Below are positions 36,044 to 46,562 of a stretch of DNA of 64,000 bases, one piece after another (within the stretch, counting starts at the first letter, position 1; each line of letters opens with the position of its first letter). The stretch is from a virus. The DNA lies in the IMG/VR virus record IMGVR_UViG_3300050821_018577, positions 64,001 through 128,000 of that record. One strand, written 5' to 3'. The notes below the pieces were generated by a model. The model was not told where the DNA came from, did not search any database, and saw only the letters and a list, made by a program, of their open reading frames with translations. The translations under genes and the position numbers were made by a program.

Positions 36044-37831
36044 GTGCGACGACTAACAAATACGGTGCGCTGGACGCTAGGATTCCTGGCGATGCTGGCG
36101 TTTTGTTCAGTGGCGCGCGCCGTGAATCAAAATGGTTCGGTCACCGAGAATCTAACCACCACGGCCAGCGCCACAGCGGTCAAGAATTGCCGGCCAGTCG
36201 GGATCGTCGAGTCGTACACGGTCGTCGATTCTGCCGCGGCGAACGCTGGCAGGGCTCCAACACCCACGGTAAACTTAACAGAATCCGATTCGGTGCAGGC
36301 CGCGCAGTCCGGGCACGCCTCTCCGTCGGTGACACTGACGGAATCGGATTCCGTAGCGGCGCCGGCGTTGCATCCGCGCGGAGTAGCGGAATCGTTGACC
36401 GAATCCGATTCCGTCGCTATCGCGAGCACGCACGCACGCGGCGCCGCGGTAACCGAATCCTTGACGGAGTCCGACGCAGCAGGAACCTCGCACTGCGCGG
36501 CCTGCGGGCTGACCGAAACCCATACCACCGCCGACTCCGTGGCGACGCAAATCTTTCACAACTTTTCTGCTTTGCCCACGCAAACACTTACGACCACCGA
36601 TTCACCGACGACCAATCTTGGTCGCAATGGACCGACCACCGAAACCTTGACGGAATCCGATTCGACCGCAGCTGTGCAACAGACTGGAGCGCATTCGGTG
36701 GCGGTTACCGAATCATTGAGCACAGTAGGCCTAGTTACGGGGATCGCGGCCCATTCAGCAACAGTGACCGAATCACTTACCACCAGCGATGCTGTGTCCG
36801 CGGTTCGCTGCGGAGCGGTCACGGAGAACCTGACGACGACGGATGTCGTCTCGGTGCATCACGTCCTCGTCGTTTCCATATCCGAGAGCGTTGTAGAGTC
36901 GGACAGCGCAGCGACGCAGCGCAGCGTTCACGCGGCCGCATCCCAAGTCTTGACGGAATCGGATTCGGCGGCGACTACGCATGCGGCGGTCGGGAACGTG
37001 ACCGAAACCTTGACCACGACGGCTTCCGTATCGACCTTGCGGAACGGCATCGCCAATCCGACGGTAACGCTAACGGAATCGGATTCTGTGGCTACGACGC
37101 ACGCGGCGGTTGGAAGAGTCTCAGAGATATTAAACGAATCGGATTCGACCGCTGGCGTGAGCTCCAGCATCCACACGGCGAGCGTCACAGAGAATCTTTC
37201 GCCGACGCAGACGGTGACGGCCACGGCCGTTCACCAGGTTGCCGTATCAACGTCGCTGACGGAATCGGATTCGGCGGCGGCCGTCCATGGAGCCATCGGC
37301 AACGTATCCGAGACGCTCACCGAGAGCGATTCCGTCGCCACGCTGCGCACGTCCATAGGTTCGGTATCGGAATCTCATTTAACCGTAGACAGCGTGACCG
37401 GGCATATTGTGACATCCGGATCTGCGACAGTTTCATTACTAGAATCAGATTCAGTCACAGCAAAGCTTTTCCATGCAGCATCGGTTACCGAAAGCCTGAC
37501 AACTGGCGACGTGGTCTCCACCGTATCTTCGCCGCATCTGCTCTTCGTCAACGTTACGGAAGCCTTATTCGAAACGGATTCGGTGACCAAGGTATCGCCG
37601 GCCCATCTATCCAGGTTCGTGACGGAAACCTTGACCACTGCAAGCGGCGTCAATACATCCTCACCGGGGCATGTGAGCGTAACCGAAACCCTGGCGGTCA
37701 GAGACAGTGTAACTGGCATATCGCCCAACCATTTCAGTATTACGGAGGTATTGACCGAATCCGACGCGGTTGGTGTTTTCGCGGTCCGGTTTGGGCAGCG
37801 CAGACGTTTTATGGTGGTCGACAGTCAGTGA
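36044..37831 (+). CDS. secreted Thr/Ser-rich repeat fibre protein
   Basis: Signal peptide ...LAFCSVARA|V; more than 25 units of about 20 aa with consensus V(T/S)E(S/T)LTESDSV. Confidence 0.85.
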   Translation: MRRLTNTVRWTLGFLAMLAFCSVARAVNQNGSVTENLTTTASATAVKNCRPVGIVESYTVVDSAAANAGRAPTPTVNLTESDSVQAAQSGHASPSVTLTESDSVAAPALHPRGVAESLTESDSVAIASTHARGAAVTESLTESDAAGTSHCAACGLTETHTTADSVATQIFHNFSALPTQTLTTTDSPTTNLGRNGPTTETLTESDSTAAVQQTGAHSVAVTESLSTVGLVTGIAAHSATVTESLTTSDAVSAVRCGAVTENLTTTDVVSVHHVLVVSISESVVESDSAATQRSVHAAASQVLTESDSAATTHAAVGNVTETLTTTASVSTLRNGIANPTVTLTESDSVATTHAAVGRVSEILNESDSTAGVSSSIHTASVTENLSPTQTVTATAVHQVAVSTSLTESDSAAAVHGAIGNVSETLTESDSVATLRTSIGSVSESHLTVDSVTGHIVTSGSATVSLLESDSVTAKLFHAASVTESLTTGDVVSTVSSPHLLFVNVTEALFETDSVTKVSPAHLSRFVTETLTTASGVNTSSPGHVSVTETLAVRDSVTGISPNHFSITEVLTESDAVGVFAVRFGQRRRFMVVDSQ

Positions 37832-37838
37832 GGCAACT

Positions 37839-38585
37839 ATGAATTTCCGACAATTCACAAGAGCGGCCATCGCATTTTTCTGTTCTCTGCTTCTCATCGC
37901 ACAGGTTGTACCGCAATCGTGCATAGTGCCGGCCAATGGCGCGGTGGTGAAGACAACCAGCTATTCGGCGCTGGCCGCCGACGCCGGCAAGCTCATCGTG
38001 ATGAACTGCGCGAGCGCCTGCACGTTGACACTACCTGCAACGCCGCAAACTCCCGTATGGTTGATTTTTGTCGAGACTATCGGTGCGGGTCAGGTCACAA
38101 TCGCACCGAACGGCTTGAATCTTAACGGTTCGGCTAGCAGTCTTGCCATGCCGTTGACCGCCGGAAGCACATTTCAGGTTTGGACAGATAATTCCAATTA
38201 TTTTGCCGCAGGCGTCACATTAAAGACTCGTGTGCTAGGTTGGGCATTCGGCGATGTAGCCACTGGCGCGGCGCTGACGACCAATGAGGTTGGCTACATT
38301 ACTGTCCCATTCGCATGCACAATCACAGGCTGGCACATCATGGCCGACGCCGGGACGGTTACGATTAAGACGGCACGCGTGAATAGCGGGACCGCTTTGC
38401 CAACCATCGGCTCAAACTCAATCTCAACCAGCGGCGTATCTTTGGCGAGCGGTACAAAAATAGATTCTACGACAGTCACTGACTTTACATCTACGGCGAT
38501 TGCGGCAAATGACACACTCGGATTCTTTATTACGACTGTTGCTACGGCGAAACAAATCACGTTCCAACTGGACTGCTCGCAATGA
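37839..38585 (+). CDS. secreted fibre-like protein (paralog A)
   Basis: Signal-like N-terminus; KTTSYSA.AAD.GKLIVMNCASACTLTLP domain; C-terminal spike-head-like domain. Confidence 0.8.
   Translation: MNFRQFTRAAIAFFCSLLLIAQVVPQSCIVPANGAVVKTTSYSALAADAGKLIVMNCASACTLTLPATPQTPVWLIFVETIGAGQVTIAPNGLNLNGSASSLAMPLTAGSTFQVWTDNSNYFAAGVTLKTRVLGWAFGDVATGAALTTNEVGYITVPFACTITGWHIMADAGTVTIKTARVNSGTALPTIGSNSISTSGVSLASGTKIDSTTVTDFTSTAIAANDTLGFFITTVATAKQITFQLDCSQ
37880..38150 (+). repeat. duplicated 5' segment, copy 1 (copy 2 at about 46615-46890)
   Basis: Near-identical DNA, e.g. GTACCGCAATCGTGCATAGTGCCGGC; differences mostly synonymous. Confidence 0.85.
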
Positions 38586-40804
38586 AATATCTAGTTTTTC
38601 TCATCGCGATACTATGCTTGTCGGTCCCGGCGTTCGCAGCCAACCCTGCATGGGTGCAGTCTGATGGCAGCTTTTCCGTAACCACTACCGCAACTTCCCA
38701 CACATATACTCTGACGCACACTCCTACAGCCGGTAACACGCTCGTTGCCTTTGTTTCCACGCACATTTCAGCGAATCAACAAATCAATTACGTGTGCGGC
38801 GGAACGAGTTGCACAAGCATCACTTCTACCGGAAAGTTCTTCCCGTACACATGGATTTATTGTCCGAACGGGAACAACTGTCCGGAAATCTGGATCGCCC
38901 GAAATGTCCCGGCTTCGATGTCCACCGTTACCATCAACTGGGCCGTAACTACTGTTTCTGACGTTCAGTTTGAAGAATACTCCAACGTCTCAGCAATCGG
39001 TCAGATAGTGCAGGCGACCGGGACTTCTACCGCTCCGGCCATCACCATCACGACGCAAGATGCGAACAACATCATCGTGATGGCGACATCTTCCCAAGGG
39101 AATGACGGGATACCAACTTCCAGCACTGGCAACCTGAGAGATGCTAGCCGGTCAGGGACGACCTCATCGTTCGACGCAGGCGCGGCCTGCGACAACAGTT
39201 CGGCAACGGCTGCCTCGGTTACGTGCCAAGTCACGATTACATCGAGTGCGTGGGCGGCGCTCGGCGTGGAACTTCGCAGCACGACCAGTACCGATACATC
39301 TAATTTCGTGTCGGCTTATCAGAGCAACTCCCCAGCCAGCGAGAACGTGGCGATGCCTTCTATCGCCGGAGTGTTTGTTCCCGACGCTTTCCTCCCTGGC
39401 AACACGGGTATCTGTTGGGGGGTGTGGCCATACAGCGCATCAGGGCAGACGCCGACAGTGACGACGCGGAACACGTTAACTGGCGCGACCGTCGATACGT
39501 TCACCAAAGACGTGCAAGTAAACGACACCAGTAATATGTCTACTGGAATATTCCGTGTCGCCGCGACCGCTGGAACTCAGTACATAAATTGGGCATGGGG
39601 AACGAGCATCAATAGCCAGCCTGGATTTGTTTACGGCTGCACGGAGATGAAGGGGATCACGACCAGTTCGCCCTTGGACGGTACGCCAGCCTCAGCGTCG
39701 GGGCTCTCAGGGGGAACCCTCAGCACCAGTGCCATGACGGTTACTGTCGGGGACATCATCGTTGTGGCCACTTCCATCGATACCATCGTACAGAATACAA
39801 ACAACCAGAATCAGGGAGTAGGCTATTGCGCGGCGGGGCCGGGATTCATTCTGCTGACGCCTTCTCCGGTGAGCGGCACATGCACCGAGTATCAGGTAGC
39901 GACCTCGACATCCGTGACCCCATCTATGTACGAAACCCCGGCCACTCCAAATAGCGCCTATGGTAGCGGTTACGTTTTCAATATCGTTGCCGTCGCGTAT
40001 AAGGCCAACTCCAGTCAAGGGACAGCCGCGACAGGCATCCACATTGGACGGCAATTTACCCCGGTAATCAGCGGTGGCAGCGGGGCAGTTGACAGTGGAA
40101 ATATTACTTGGACTCAGTGCCCAGCGGCAGGGAACTTCAACAGTTTTTATATCAGCAATTCATTGAGTGGAAGTCCTGAGACTGGCGTTTTCAAAATTTG
40201 GGACAGCAACCAAGTCGCTTATTCGATTAACGACCCCAGCAAGAACGCCAGCACCAACTCAGGGCCGTTTCTGCTGTATTCAGCAAACCAATCTCTCGAT
40301 AACTCCGCAATGTGCGAGTTGTATCAGGCTAGTTCCAACGGTAGCAACTCCGAGATGTTGCAGCGGGACATTTACAACGTAGCGACCTCGAACTTCTTCG
40401 ACACGATGAGCACCACTTGTCCCTCAACTTCGAGCTACAACGCAACTGGATGCATTGGTGACAATCAACCGTTCGGCTCTACCTACGCGCAATCTCCAAA
40501 CATTCAGCCAAGCGCCGCTGGCGAACTCGTACTCGCCAGTCTTTCAAATGGGGTAGGACCGGAAGCAGGTCTATCTTCCCCCAGCGGAGCCATCTACGAT
40601 TGCCCTTACTTCTCGGCTATGACGGATGGTGGCTCTACCTGTTACGGCGAGGGTCACGCTCATTTCTATACTACCGGGTCATCCTCGCTGAACTTCACTT
40701 GGACAGCGGGAACAAATGCCACTGGAACTTCGGTTTCGAGCGCCATCGCCATCAAAGCGGCTCCGGCCGCCGCAGCTAAGAGCGGGAAGACGGTAATCTT
40801 TTGA
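38582..40804 (+). CDS. secreted multi-domain beta-sandwich fibre protein
   Basis: MKYLVFLIAILCLSVPAFA|A; repeated domains (GNTLVAFV, GNTGICW, GDIIVVA, GELVLA); many paired Cys. Confidence 0.8.
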   Translation: MKYLVFLIAILCLSVPAFAANPAWVQSDGSFSVTTTATSHTYTLTHTPTAGNTLVAFVSTHISANQQINYVCGGTSCTSITSTGKFFPYTWIYCPNGNNCPEIWIARNVPASMSTVTINWAVTTVSDVQFEEYSNVSAIGQIVQATGTSTAPAITITTQDANNIIVMATSSQGNDGIPTSSTGNLRDASRSGTTSSFDAGAACDNSSATAASVTCQVTITSSAWAALGVELRSTTSTDTSNFVSAYQSNSPASENVAMPSIAGVFVPDAFLPGNTGICWGVWPYSASGQTPTVTTRNTLTGATVDTFTKDVQVNDTSNMSTGIFRVAATAGTQYINWAWGTSINSQPGFVYGCTEMKGITTSSPLDGTPASASGLSGGTLSTSAMTVTVGDIIVVATSIDTIVQNTNNQNQGVGYCAAGPGFILLTPSPVSGTCTEYQVATSTSVTPSMYETPATPNSAYGSGYVFNIVAVAYKANSSQGTAATGIHIGRQFTPVISGGSGAVDSGNITWTQCPAAGNFNSFYISNSLSGSPETGVFKIWDSNQVAYSINDPSKNASTNSGPFLLYSANQSLDNSAMCELYQASSNGSNSEMLQRDIYNVATSNFFDTMSTTCPSTSSYNATGCIGDNQPFGSTYAQSPNIQPSAAGELVLASLSNGVGPEAGLSSPSGAIYDCPYFSAMTDGGSTCYGEGHAHFYTTGSSSLNFTWTAGTNATGTSVSSAIAIKAAPAAAAKSGKTVIF

Positions 40805-43218
40805 GACGCTTATTTCTATGTGTCTTATTCCTTCTTGCCATGCCTACGCTTGCGCACGCACAATTATGGTCAGGAATTCTCGACCCCAGCCGAGGCATTG
40901 ACTGGACGCAGGCTGGTGTCGTCGGAGGTATTCCTTCAGCTACGTGGACGCAATGCGGTTCGACTCTTCCCTCTACGTCAACAGTTGCACAAGTACAAGC
41001 TGCAATAAATGCTTGTGGGACTAATCAATTCGTACAACTTGGATCTGGGAATTTCAGTTTCTCAACCTTTCTGAACATGAAGTCCAACATGGTCCTCCGA
41101 GGCTTGGGTGCCAATCAGACAACCCTTACCTTTGGCAGCAACGCCATTGGTGGAGGTTGTTTTTTAGGAGGGTCAACAATCTGCTTCACCAACGATGGCG
41201 GCACCTACAACAACTCTTTTGACAGTGCTCCGGGTCAATCGAATGCGGCGAATTGGACGGCAGGATTCTCGCAGGGAACGACTTCGATTACCGTGGGCAG
41301 TGTCGGTTCTGTCGGCATCAGAAACGGTCAGTATATTTATCTCGACCAGGCTAACGACACGGCACCGAATAGCAACCTGTTTATCTGCGACATCATAACG
41401 ACTTGCGCCATCGAGGGTGCTTCTCCTGGTCGCACTATTGGCGGCGTCAGTCACAGTCAGTTGCAGGCCGTAAAGGTCACTGCGGGATGCGCGACGCTCT
41501 GTACAGGTGCAGGACCATTTACGCTTACGATTACCCCGGGACTTTATGGAATAAATTGGAGTAGTTCTAAGGCCCCTGGTGCGTGGTTCCCGACGATTCC
41601 AATTTCAAACGCTGGGGTAGAAAACCTAACTATAAATAATCAGACCGCGACCGGAGACAACGGTTCCACTATTAACTTCATGAACGCATTTAACTGTTGG
41701 GTGACTGGAGTAGCCTCTCTTCATGGCGGACGAGCGCACGTTTGGATTACGAACGGGGCGCACATCACGGTCCAAAACAATTATTTCTATCAGACCCAGG
41801 ACGCGGCTTCCCAGAGCTACGGAATAGAAGTGGAACTAGCCAGCGATACCATGGTCGTAAATAATATTTTTCAGCAAGTGACCGCTCCAAATATCGGTGG
41901 CTCCGAGTTTGGAAACGTTTATGCATACAACTACTCGATTAACCATTTTCAAACTGGGTCCGTAAACTGCATGTACCCAAACGGAATCGCTCACGACGCA
42001 GCCGCAGAATACAACCTTTGGGAAGGCAACTTTTCCGAGAACGTTGAAGGAGATGATGTCCACGGAACTAGCGGACTTAACACGCTCTTTCGCAATATTT
42101 TCACGGGATACGAACTTGGCAAGATTTGCTCGACGATTGCCATCGTGTGGGATCCCTACAACCGCGATGAGAACGTTGTAGGAAACATCCTGGGGACGCC
42201 GGGGATTACGACGCTATACTACATTACGGACCCATTTAACGCTGGCGGTGTGTACGACTCCGGCTTGGTTCACGGCGGGATAGGTCCTGATTCAGTTGTT
42301 GGCACTACTATGCTTCGCTGGGGTAACTACGACAACGTGACAGGGTTCGTTAGATGGTGCGGCAATAGCAGCGACACGGGATGGTCCAATGTCAACGGCT
42401 GCAACAGCACATCTGAAGTTCCGACTAGCGGGGTCGGCTCACCCAGCTATGCTAATGCTGTCCCAAGTAAGGGCGATACAGGGATTGGGCAGAGCGCGAT
42501 GCCTGCGTCTTTCATATACGCCTCGCAGCCTAGCTGGTGGCCTAGCGGGAAGCCCTGGCCCCCGGCAGGCCCCGACATAAGCAGTGGGAGTATCGGTCAA
42601 TGTACTAGCGGAACTTATTCAGGGCTCATGGCTACGGCTTCGGGCCAGTGCGCGGGAGGGACATTCTCAGCGCATATTAACGCGGGCCATGCCAACAGCA
42701 ATCCAGCGATGGATTGTTTTTTGACCACGATGGCTGGGCCTCCGGACGGGTCAGGAAACGCGCTGAGTTTCAACGCTGCGACATGTTATTCCGCCCCGGC
42801 CAACGCGCCGACGGTCTCCTTGAATCCAACGAGTTTGAGCTTCGGTGCGGTGAACGTTGGAAAGGTTTCTGCGGCGCAGACCGTGACGTTGACCAACACA
42901 GGCACGGCCACGCTGAACATCACCAGCATCGCGCCGAGCGACGCGACCAACTACGCGATTTCGGCGAACACCTGTGGCGCAACCTTGACCATCGGAAATA
43001 ATTGCATTGTGAGCGTCACCTTCAATCCGACAACGCCTGGGGTGCACAACGCGAACTTGATTTTCATGACGAACGCTTCGACCAGCCCGAACAACGCGCC
43101 TCTATCCGGAACCGGGGTCAGTGTCACTCCAGTCTGTTTGGAAACACTGACAGAGCTCGATGCCTCGACCGGTCTGCGCGCTACTATACCGCAGCAAAAA
43201 TATGCGTGCCATCCATGA
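40801..43218 (+). CDS. secreted parallel beta-helix (depolymerase-like) protein with C-terminal ASH/choice-of-anchor D domain
   Basis: ...AMPTLAHA|Q; AQVQAAINAC..VQLGSGNF beta-helix cap; LSFGAVNVG..SAAQTVTLTNTGTATLNI...VTFNPT. Confidence 0.85.
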   Translation: MRRLFLCVLFLLAMPTLAHAQLWSGILDPSRGIDWTQAGVVGGIPSATWTQCGSTLPSTSTVAQVQAAINACGTNQFVQLGSGNFSFSTFLNMKSNMVLRGLGANQTTLTFGSNAIGGGCFLGGSTICFTNDGGTYNNSFDSAPGQSNAANWTAGFSQGTTSITVGSVGSVGIRNGQYIYLDQANDTAPNSNLFICDIITTCAIEGASPGRTIGGVSHSQLQAVKVTAGCATLCTGAGPFTLTITPGLYGINWSSSKAPGAWFPTIPISNAGVENLTINNQTATGDNGSTINFMNAFNCWVTGVASLHGGRAHVWITNGAHITVQNNYFYQTQDAASQSYGIEVELASDTMVVNNIFQQVTAPNIGGSEFGNVYAYNYSINHFQTGSVNCMYPNGIAHDAAAEYNLWEGNFSENVEGDDVHGTSGLNTLFRNIFTGYELGKICSTIAIVWDPYNRDENVVGNILGTPGITTLYYITDPFNAGGVYDSGLVHGGIGPDSVVGTTMLRWGNYDNVTGFVRWCGNSSDTGWSNVNGCNSTSEVPTSGVGSPSYANAVPSKGDTGIGQSAMPASFIYASQPSWWPSGKPWPPAGPDISSGSIGQCTSGTYSGLMATASGQCAGGTFSAHINAGHANSNPAMDCFLTTMAGPPDGSGNALSFNAATCYSAPANAPTVSLNPTSLSFGAVNVGKVSAAQTVTLTNTGTATLNITSIAPSDATNYAISANTCGATLTIGNNCIVSVTFNPTTPGVHNANLIFMTNASTSPNNAPLSGTGVSVTPVCLETLTELDASTGLRATIPQQKYACHP

Positions 43219-43793
43219 AAAATGTGCTCTGCTTCACGGTGCTTGCCTCGTTCGCCATGGGCGGTTGTCCGCGCAATCAGCCGAAGGCGCACAGTGTCGC
43301 GGTGACGCAGACTTTGCCGTCGGCCAGTTTGAATTGTGTGACGGTCCGGCGGAATCCTAAAACCAACGAAGCGGAAACCCTCGACTGCATTGATTCGGTC
43401 ACGGTCAGCGCTCCACAGCACGCGATGGCCACCGTAGCAGAGGTCCTCGCCGAGAGCGATGTCAATATGTCCGTACACGGAGCCGTAACTTCCGTGTCCG
43501 AGACCACCATGGTCAACGACATTATCCTGGCGGGACGGCTGCCGGTCTTCGCTGCGGAGAACGTCTCCGAGGTTCTAGCTGAGCAGGACCTCGCTGTAAA
43601 TCGGTCCGACCACGGCTCGGCCATCCAAGAAGGAGTTGCGGAGGCCGATTCGACCGACAGGAAGCGCAAGGTACGCGTTTCAATTTCGGAAACCGTTTTG
43701 ACCGTTGACAGCTTATACTGTCCCTTGCATGCTATCGCGCAGGTCATCGAAACGCTTACGACGACTGACCAGTTGACGTGCAGCGGAATTTAA
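43215..43793 (+). CDS. predicted lipoprotein with E.L.E.D.V repeats
   Basis: MKNVLCFTVLASFAMGG|C lipobox-like; AEVLAESDV, SEVLAEQD, SETVLTVDS repeats. Confidence 0.65.
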   Translation: MKNVLCFTVLASFAMGGCPRNQPKAHSVAVTQTLPSASLNCVTVRRNPKTNEAETLDCIDSVTVSAPQHAMATVAEVLAESDVNMSVHGAVTSVSETTMVNDIILAGRLPVFAAENVSEVLAEQDLAVNRSDHGSAIQEGVAEADSTDRKRKVRVSISETVLTVDSLYCPLHAIAQVIETLTTTDQLTCSGI

Positions 43794-43803
43794 TGGTGAG
43801 CGA

Positions 43804-44511
43804 ATGAGCACCCCGCCAACACCACCTGTTGATGGATCGTCGTCCCTTGACCTAACAGACTTGGGGACGATAAAGCAGTGGATCCCGGGTCTTGCGGGCA
43901 ATACGACCGACGACCAATTACTGCAAGCCTGCATTACCGCATGGGGATTTGAGTTTTTAAGCCGCACCGGTTTCGGCGACCAGAATGGAGACAATCTCCA
44001 GTCTCCCTTCAATGCCATCTGTAATTTCAATGAGACTTACAACGGATCAGGAACCTCACGACTTTATCTACGCAATCGGCCAATCCGTACTGTGACCTCG
44101 CTCACCATCAACGACATCGCGATAAATCCGTCCACCTCCAATTCTGCGGCAGGCTGGGTGGTCGACGGAAACGCAAGAAGCATTCATTTGCGCGGCGGTT
44201 CCAGCGGTTGGAGTGGAAGCCTCCCGCAGATGGCTTGGCAAGCCGGCGCGTACCGTGCATTCGGCGGTGGCATGAAATTCTTTGTAGGCGTGCAAAACGT
44301 CAATGTGCTATACACAGCCGGCTACTCCAGCACACCAGCGGACATTGTGCAATGCGCGAACAAGGTCGTACATCTAAACTACAAGCGACGGTCATACACT
44401 GACGAGGAATCTCGCGCTATGGCCGGCGGAGCCGGAACAATTCGCTATGCGCAATGGGACATCCCGCGAGAATGCCAGATAGTGGTCGACCGATATACAC
44501 GGACTTTGTAA
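43804..44511 (+). CDS. head-tail connector/adaptor
   Basis: DLTDLGTIKQW, ETYNGSG..RLYLRNRPI, NVLYTAGYSSTPADI. Confidence 0.85.
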   Translation: MSTPPTPPVDGSSSLDLTDLGTIKQWIPGLAGNTTDDQLLQACITAWGFEFLSRTGFGDQNGDNLQSPFNAICNFNETYNGSGTSRLYLRNRPIRTVTSLTINDIAINPSTSNSAAGWVVDGNARSIHLRGGSSGWSGSLPQMAWQAGAYRAFGGGMKFFVGVQNVNVLYTAGYSSTPADIVQCANKVVHLNYKRRSYTDEESRAMAGGAGTIRYAQWDIPRECQIVVDRYTRTL

Positions 44512-45023
44512 TGCTCAAAATTTCTTTCATCAATAATTCCGACCAACGCCTGGTAGAAACCTTGCGAACAAAGGGCCCGGCGATTGTGCGGGCCATCGTG
44601 AGCAAACTAAATGAGCTCATGATTAGCCTGCAAAGCTACATCGTATCGAGCAAGCTGTCCGGACAAGCCCTACAGAGGCGCACGGGAACGCTTGCCGGAA
44701 GCGTTCGTTACATTCCCGCAGTCCTTGAGGGAACAACAATCACTGGAGCCGTCGAAGGGGCAGGAGGACCCGCCTGGTACGGGTCGCTCTATGAGGACAC
44801 AGATGCTGGCGGTACCGGTGGCGTGCCCCATTCCTGGCTGATTACGGCCAGCAAGGCCAGGGCCCTCTCGTTCCTCGTGGACGGCAAGCGCGTGTTCGCG
44901 CGCAGTGTCATGCATCCTCCTTTGGTTGCGCGGCCATTTATGACTCCTGCGCTCGACGAAAACGCTGCGGATATCGAAGCGCAGTTACGCGCGGCCGTTG
45001 ATGCCGAGGTACTCAAACCGTGA
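44511..45023 (+). CDS. neck/tail completion protein (HK97 gp10-like)
   Basis: RRTGTLAGS, V.HPP..ARPFMTPAL. Confidence 0.75.
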   Translation: MLKISFINNSDQRLVETLRTKGPAIVRAIVSKLNELMISLQSYIVSSKLSGQALQRRTGTLAGSVRYIPAVLEGTTITGAVEGAGGPAWYGSLYEDTDAGGTGGVPHSWLITASKARALSFLVDGKRVFARSVMHPPLVARPFMTPALDENAADIEAQLRAAVDAEVLKP

Positions 45024-45496
45024 GAGGTACCCGTGAGGCCATTAGTGTCGCACTTTTCAATCTGCTCTCTGGCAACCAACAGCTCACCAGTCTCTGCAAG
45101 ACCATCACGCGCACGCCGCGGATCTGGACGTCCGTTAATGACGCCGAAAAGCCTTTCCTGCTTTTATTTAAAGGAGGCCCGGCAACAGAGCATTTTGACC
45201 AGCCGCAGGCCGGCAGGATTGCGCTAACAAAATACATCATCCATTACAATTTATGGCTGTACCTTACGGCAGACCCATCCGGGCAGAACAACGCAGAAAC
45301 GGTCGTGAATAACATCTCCGATGCCCTTGACGCCGCAATGCAAGTGAACGCGTCGCCACCTGCATTTGGCGAGCGGCAGACCCTAGGAGGCCTTGTCAAT
45401 AACGCCTGGATCGATGGCGGGTCGGAGTGGGGCCGGGAATTTGAAGACCAAAACTTGGTTGTTTTTTGGAGGATCAGCGTGGAGACTGGAATTTAG
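45020..45496 (+). CDS. tail terminator-like protein
   Basis: Position; REAISVALF..., QTLGGLV. Confidence 0.7.
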   Translation: MRGTREAISVALFNLLSGNQQLTSLCKTITRTPRIWTSVNDAEKPFLLLFKGGPATEHFDQPQAGRIALTKYIIHYNLWLYLTADPSGQNNAETVVNNISDALDAAMQVNASPPAFGERQTLGGLVNNAWIDGGSEWGREFEDQNLVVFWRISVETGI

Positions 45497-45721
45497 ATGG
45501 ACGGACCAAAAACAGCGAAGCAGTTCAATGCGCCATTAACCGGCGAATTAACGATTATGGCCCAGCCCGGGAATTTTACGATGGCCAGCGGCTATGCACA
45601 CCAGTTGGCCATGGACGCGGAACTAGCCCGATACCGCAAACTATTCGATGCACTAGCCAATCTGGTTCAGGACCCTGAGCTCCCGCTCGCGATTGTCATG
45701 CGCATCATTGAGGTTGATTAG
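45497..45721 (+). CDS. hypothetical protein
   Basis: Abuts the previous stop. Confidence 0.5.
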   Translation: MDGPKTAKQFNAPLTGELTIMAQPGNFTMASGYAHQLAMDAELARYRKLFDALANLVQDPELPLAIVMRIIEVD

Positions 45722-45787
45722 ACCAAAAAAACTTCTTCCATGTGGTGCATTTCTTCTATACGGTTTTGGTGAGATGCAGGAGTCCAC

Positions 45788-46558
45788 ATGCGCATAGCTT
45801 TTGGAGCCGGCCAGCTCTTTGCGTTGCCCGGGCCATTCTTCGGCGGCACTTTCAATGCCTCTCCTGTCTGGTTCGCCACCCTCCAGGACGTCGACGTAAC
45901 AATCGACGCGACCATCAAAGAACTGCGCGGCAACCTTCAGTTTCCAGACGACACGGCCATCAGCGACAAGAAAATCACCTGGAAGGCAGGTACCGGCCGG
46001 TTCTCGATCGATACCTGGAACAATCTTTATTTTGGCGACGTCATTAGCACTGGCAGCAACTCTGGAGGCAGCGGCGCCGGCGGTGGCGTTCCACAAGTCC
46101 AGGAAGCTGTCACGCTCAATGCCACGACTTATACGGTTGCGCATTCTGCAAACTTCACCCAGGATATGGGCGTCATTTACGGCTCAACGCTCCAGCTTTT
46201 ACAGAAAGTCACCGGCGTACCCACCCTAGGCCAGTACAATGTGTCCGCCGGTGTGTACGGTTTCAGCACTTCCGATAACAACAAAGCGATTTTGGTTTCC
46301 TACCGCTACGGGATCACCACCGGCCGCGTGCTCGTTGTCCAAAACCACGTTCAGGGATGGGGGCCACAATTTGAAATGTTGCTTTCGCAGCCCTATCAGG
46401 AATTGACCGCGGGCATCCCAAACTATTTGGACCTGTATGCTTGCAAGTGCGGAAAACTCACTGCCCCGCTAAAGCGCGCCGACTATTTGATTTCCGACCT
46501 CGAGGGCCAAGCGTTCGCTAACAGCGCCGGATTCATCGGCGAGTTTTACGAAGATTAA
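45788..46558 (+). CDS. major tail tube protein with inserted domain
   Basis: FGAGQLF..LQDVDV...KELRG..QFP; RBS AGGAG. Confidence 0.85.
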   Translation: MRIAFGAGQLFALPGPFFGGTFNASPVWFATLQDVDVTIDATIKELRGNLQFPDDTAISDKKITWKAGTGRFSIDTWNNLYFGDVISTGSNSGGSGAGGGVPQVQEAVTLNATTYTVAHSANFTQDMGVIYGSTLQLLQKVTGVPTLGQYNVSAGVYGFSTSDNNKAILVSYRYGITTGRVLVVQNHVQGWGPQFEMLLSQPYQELTAGIPNYLDLYACKCGKLTAPLKRADYLISDLEGQAFANSAGFIGEFYED

Positions 46559-46562
46559 AAGT

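Noticed and set aside
36040-37842. 600-aa alternative-frame ORF over the repeat fibre
   Set aside because: An Arg-rich by-product of the repeat codons lacking stops; the 36044 frame has the signal peptide and coherent repeats.
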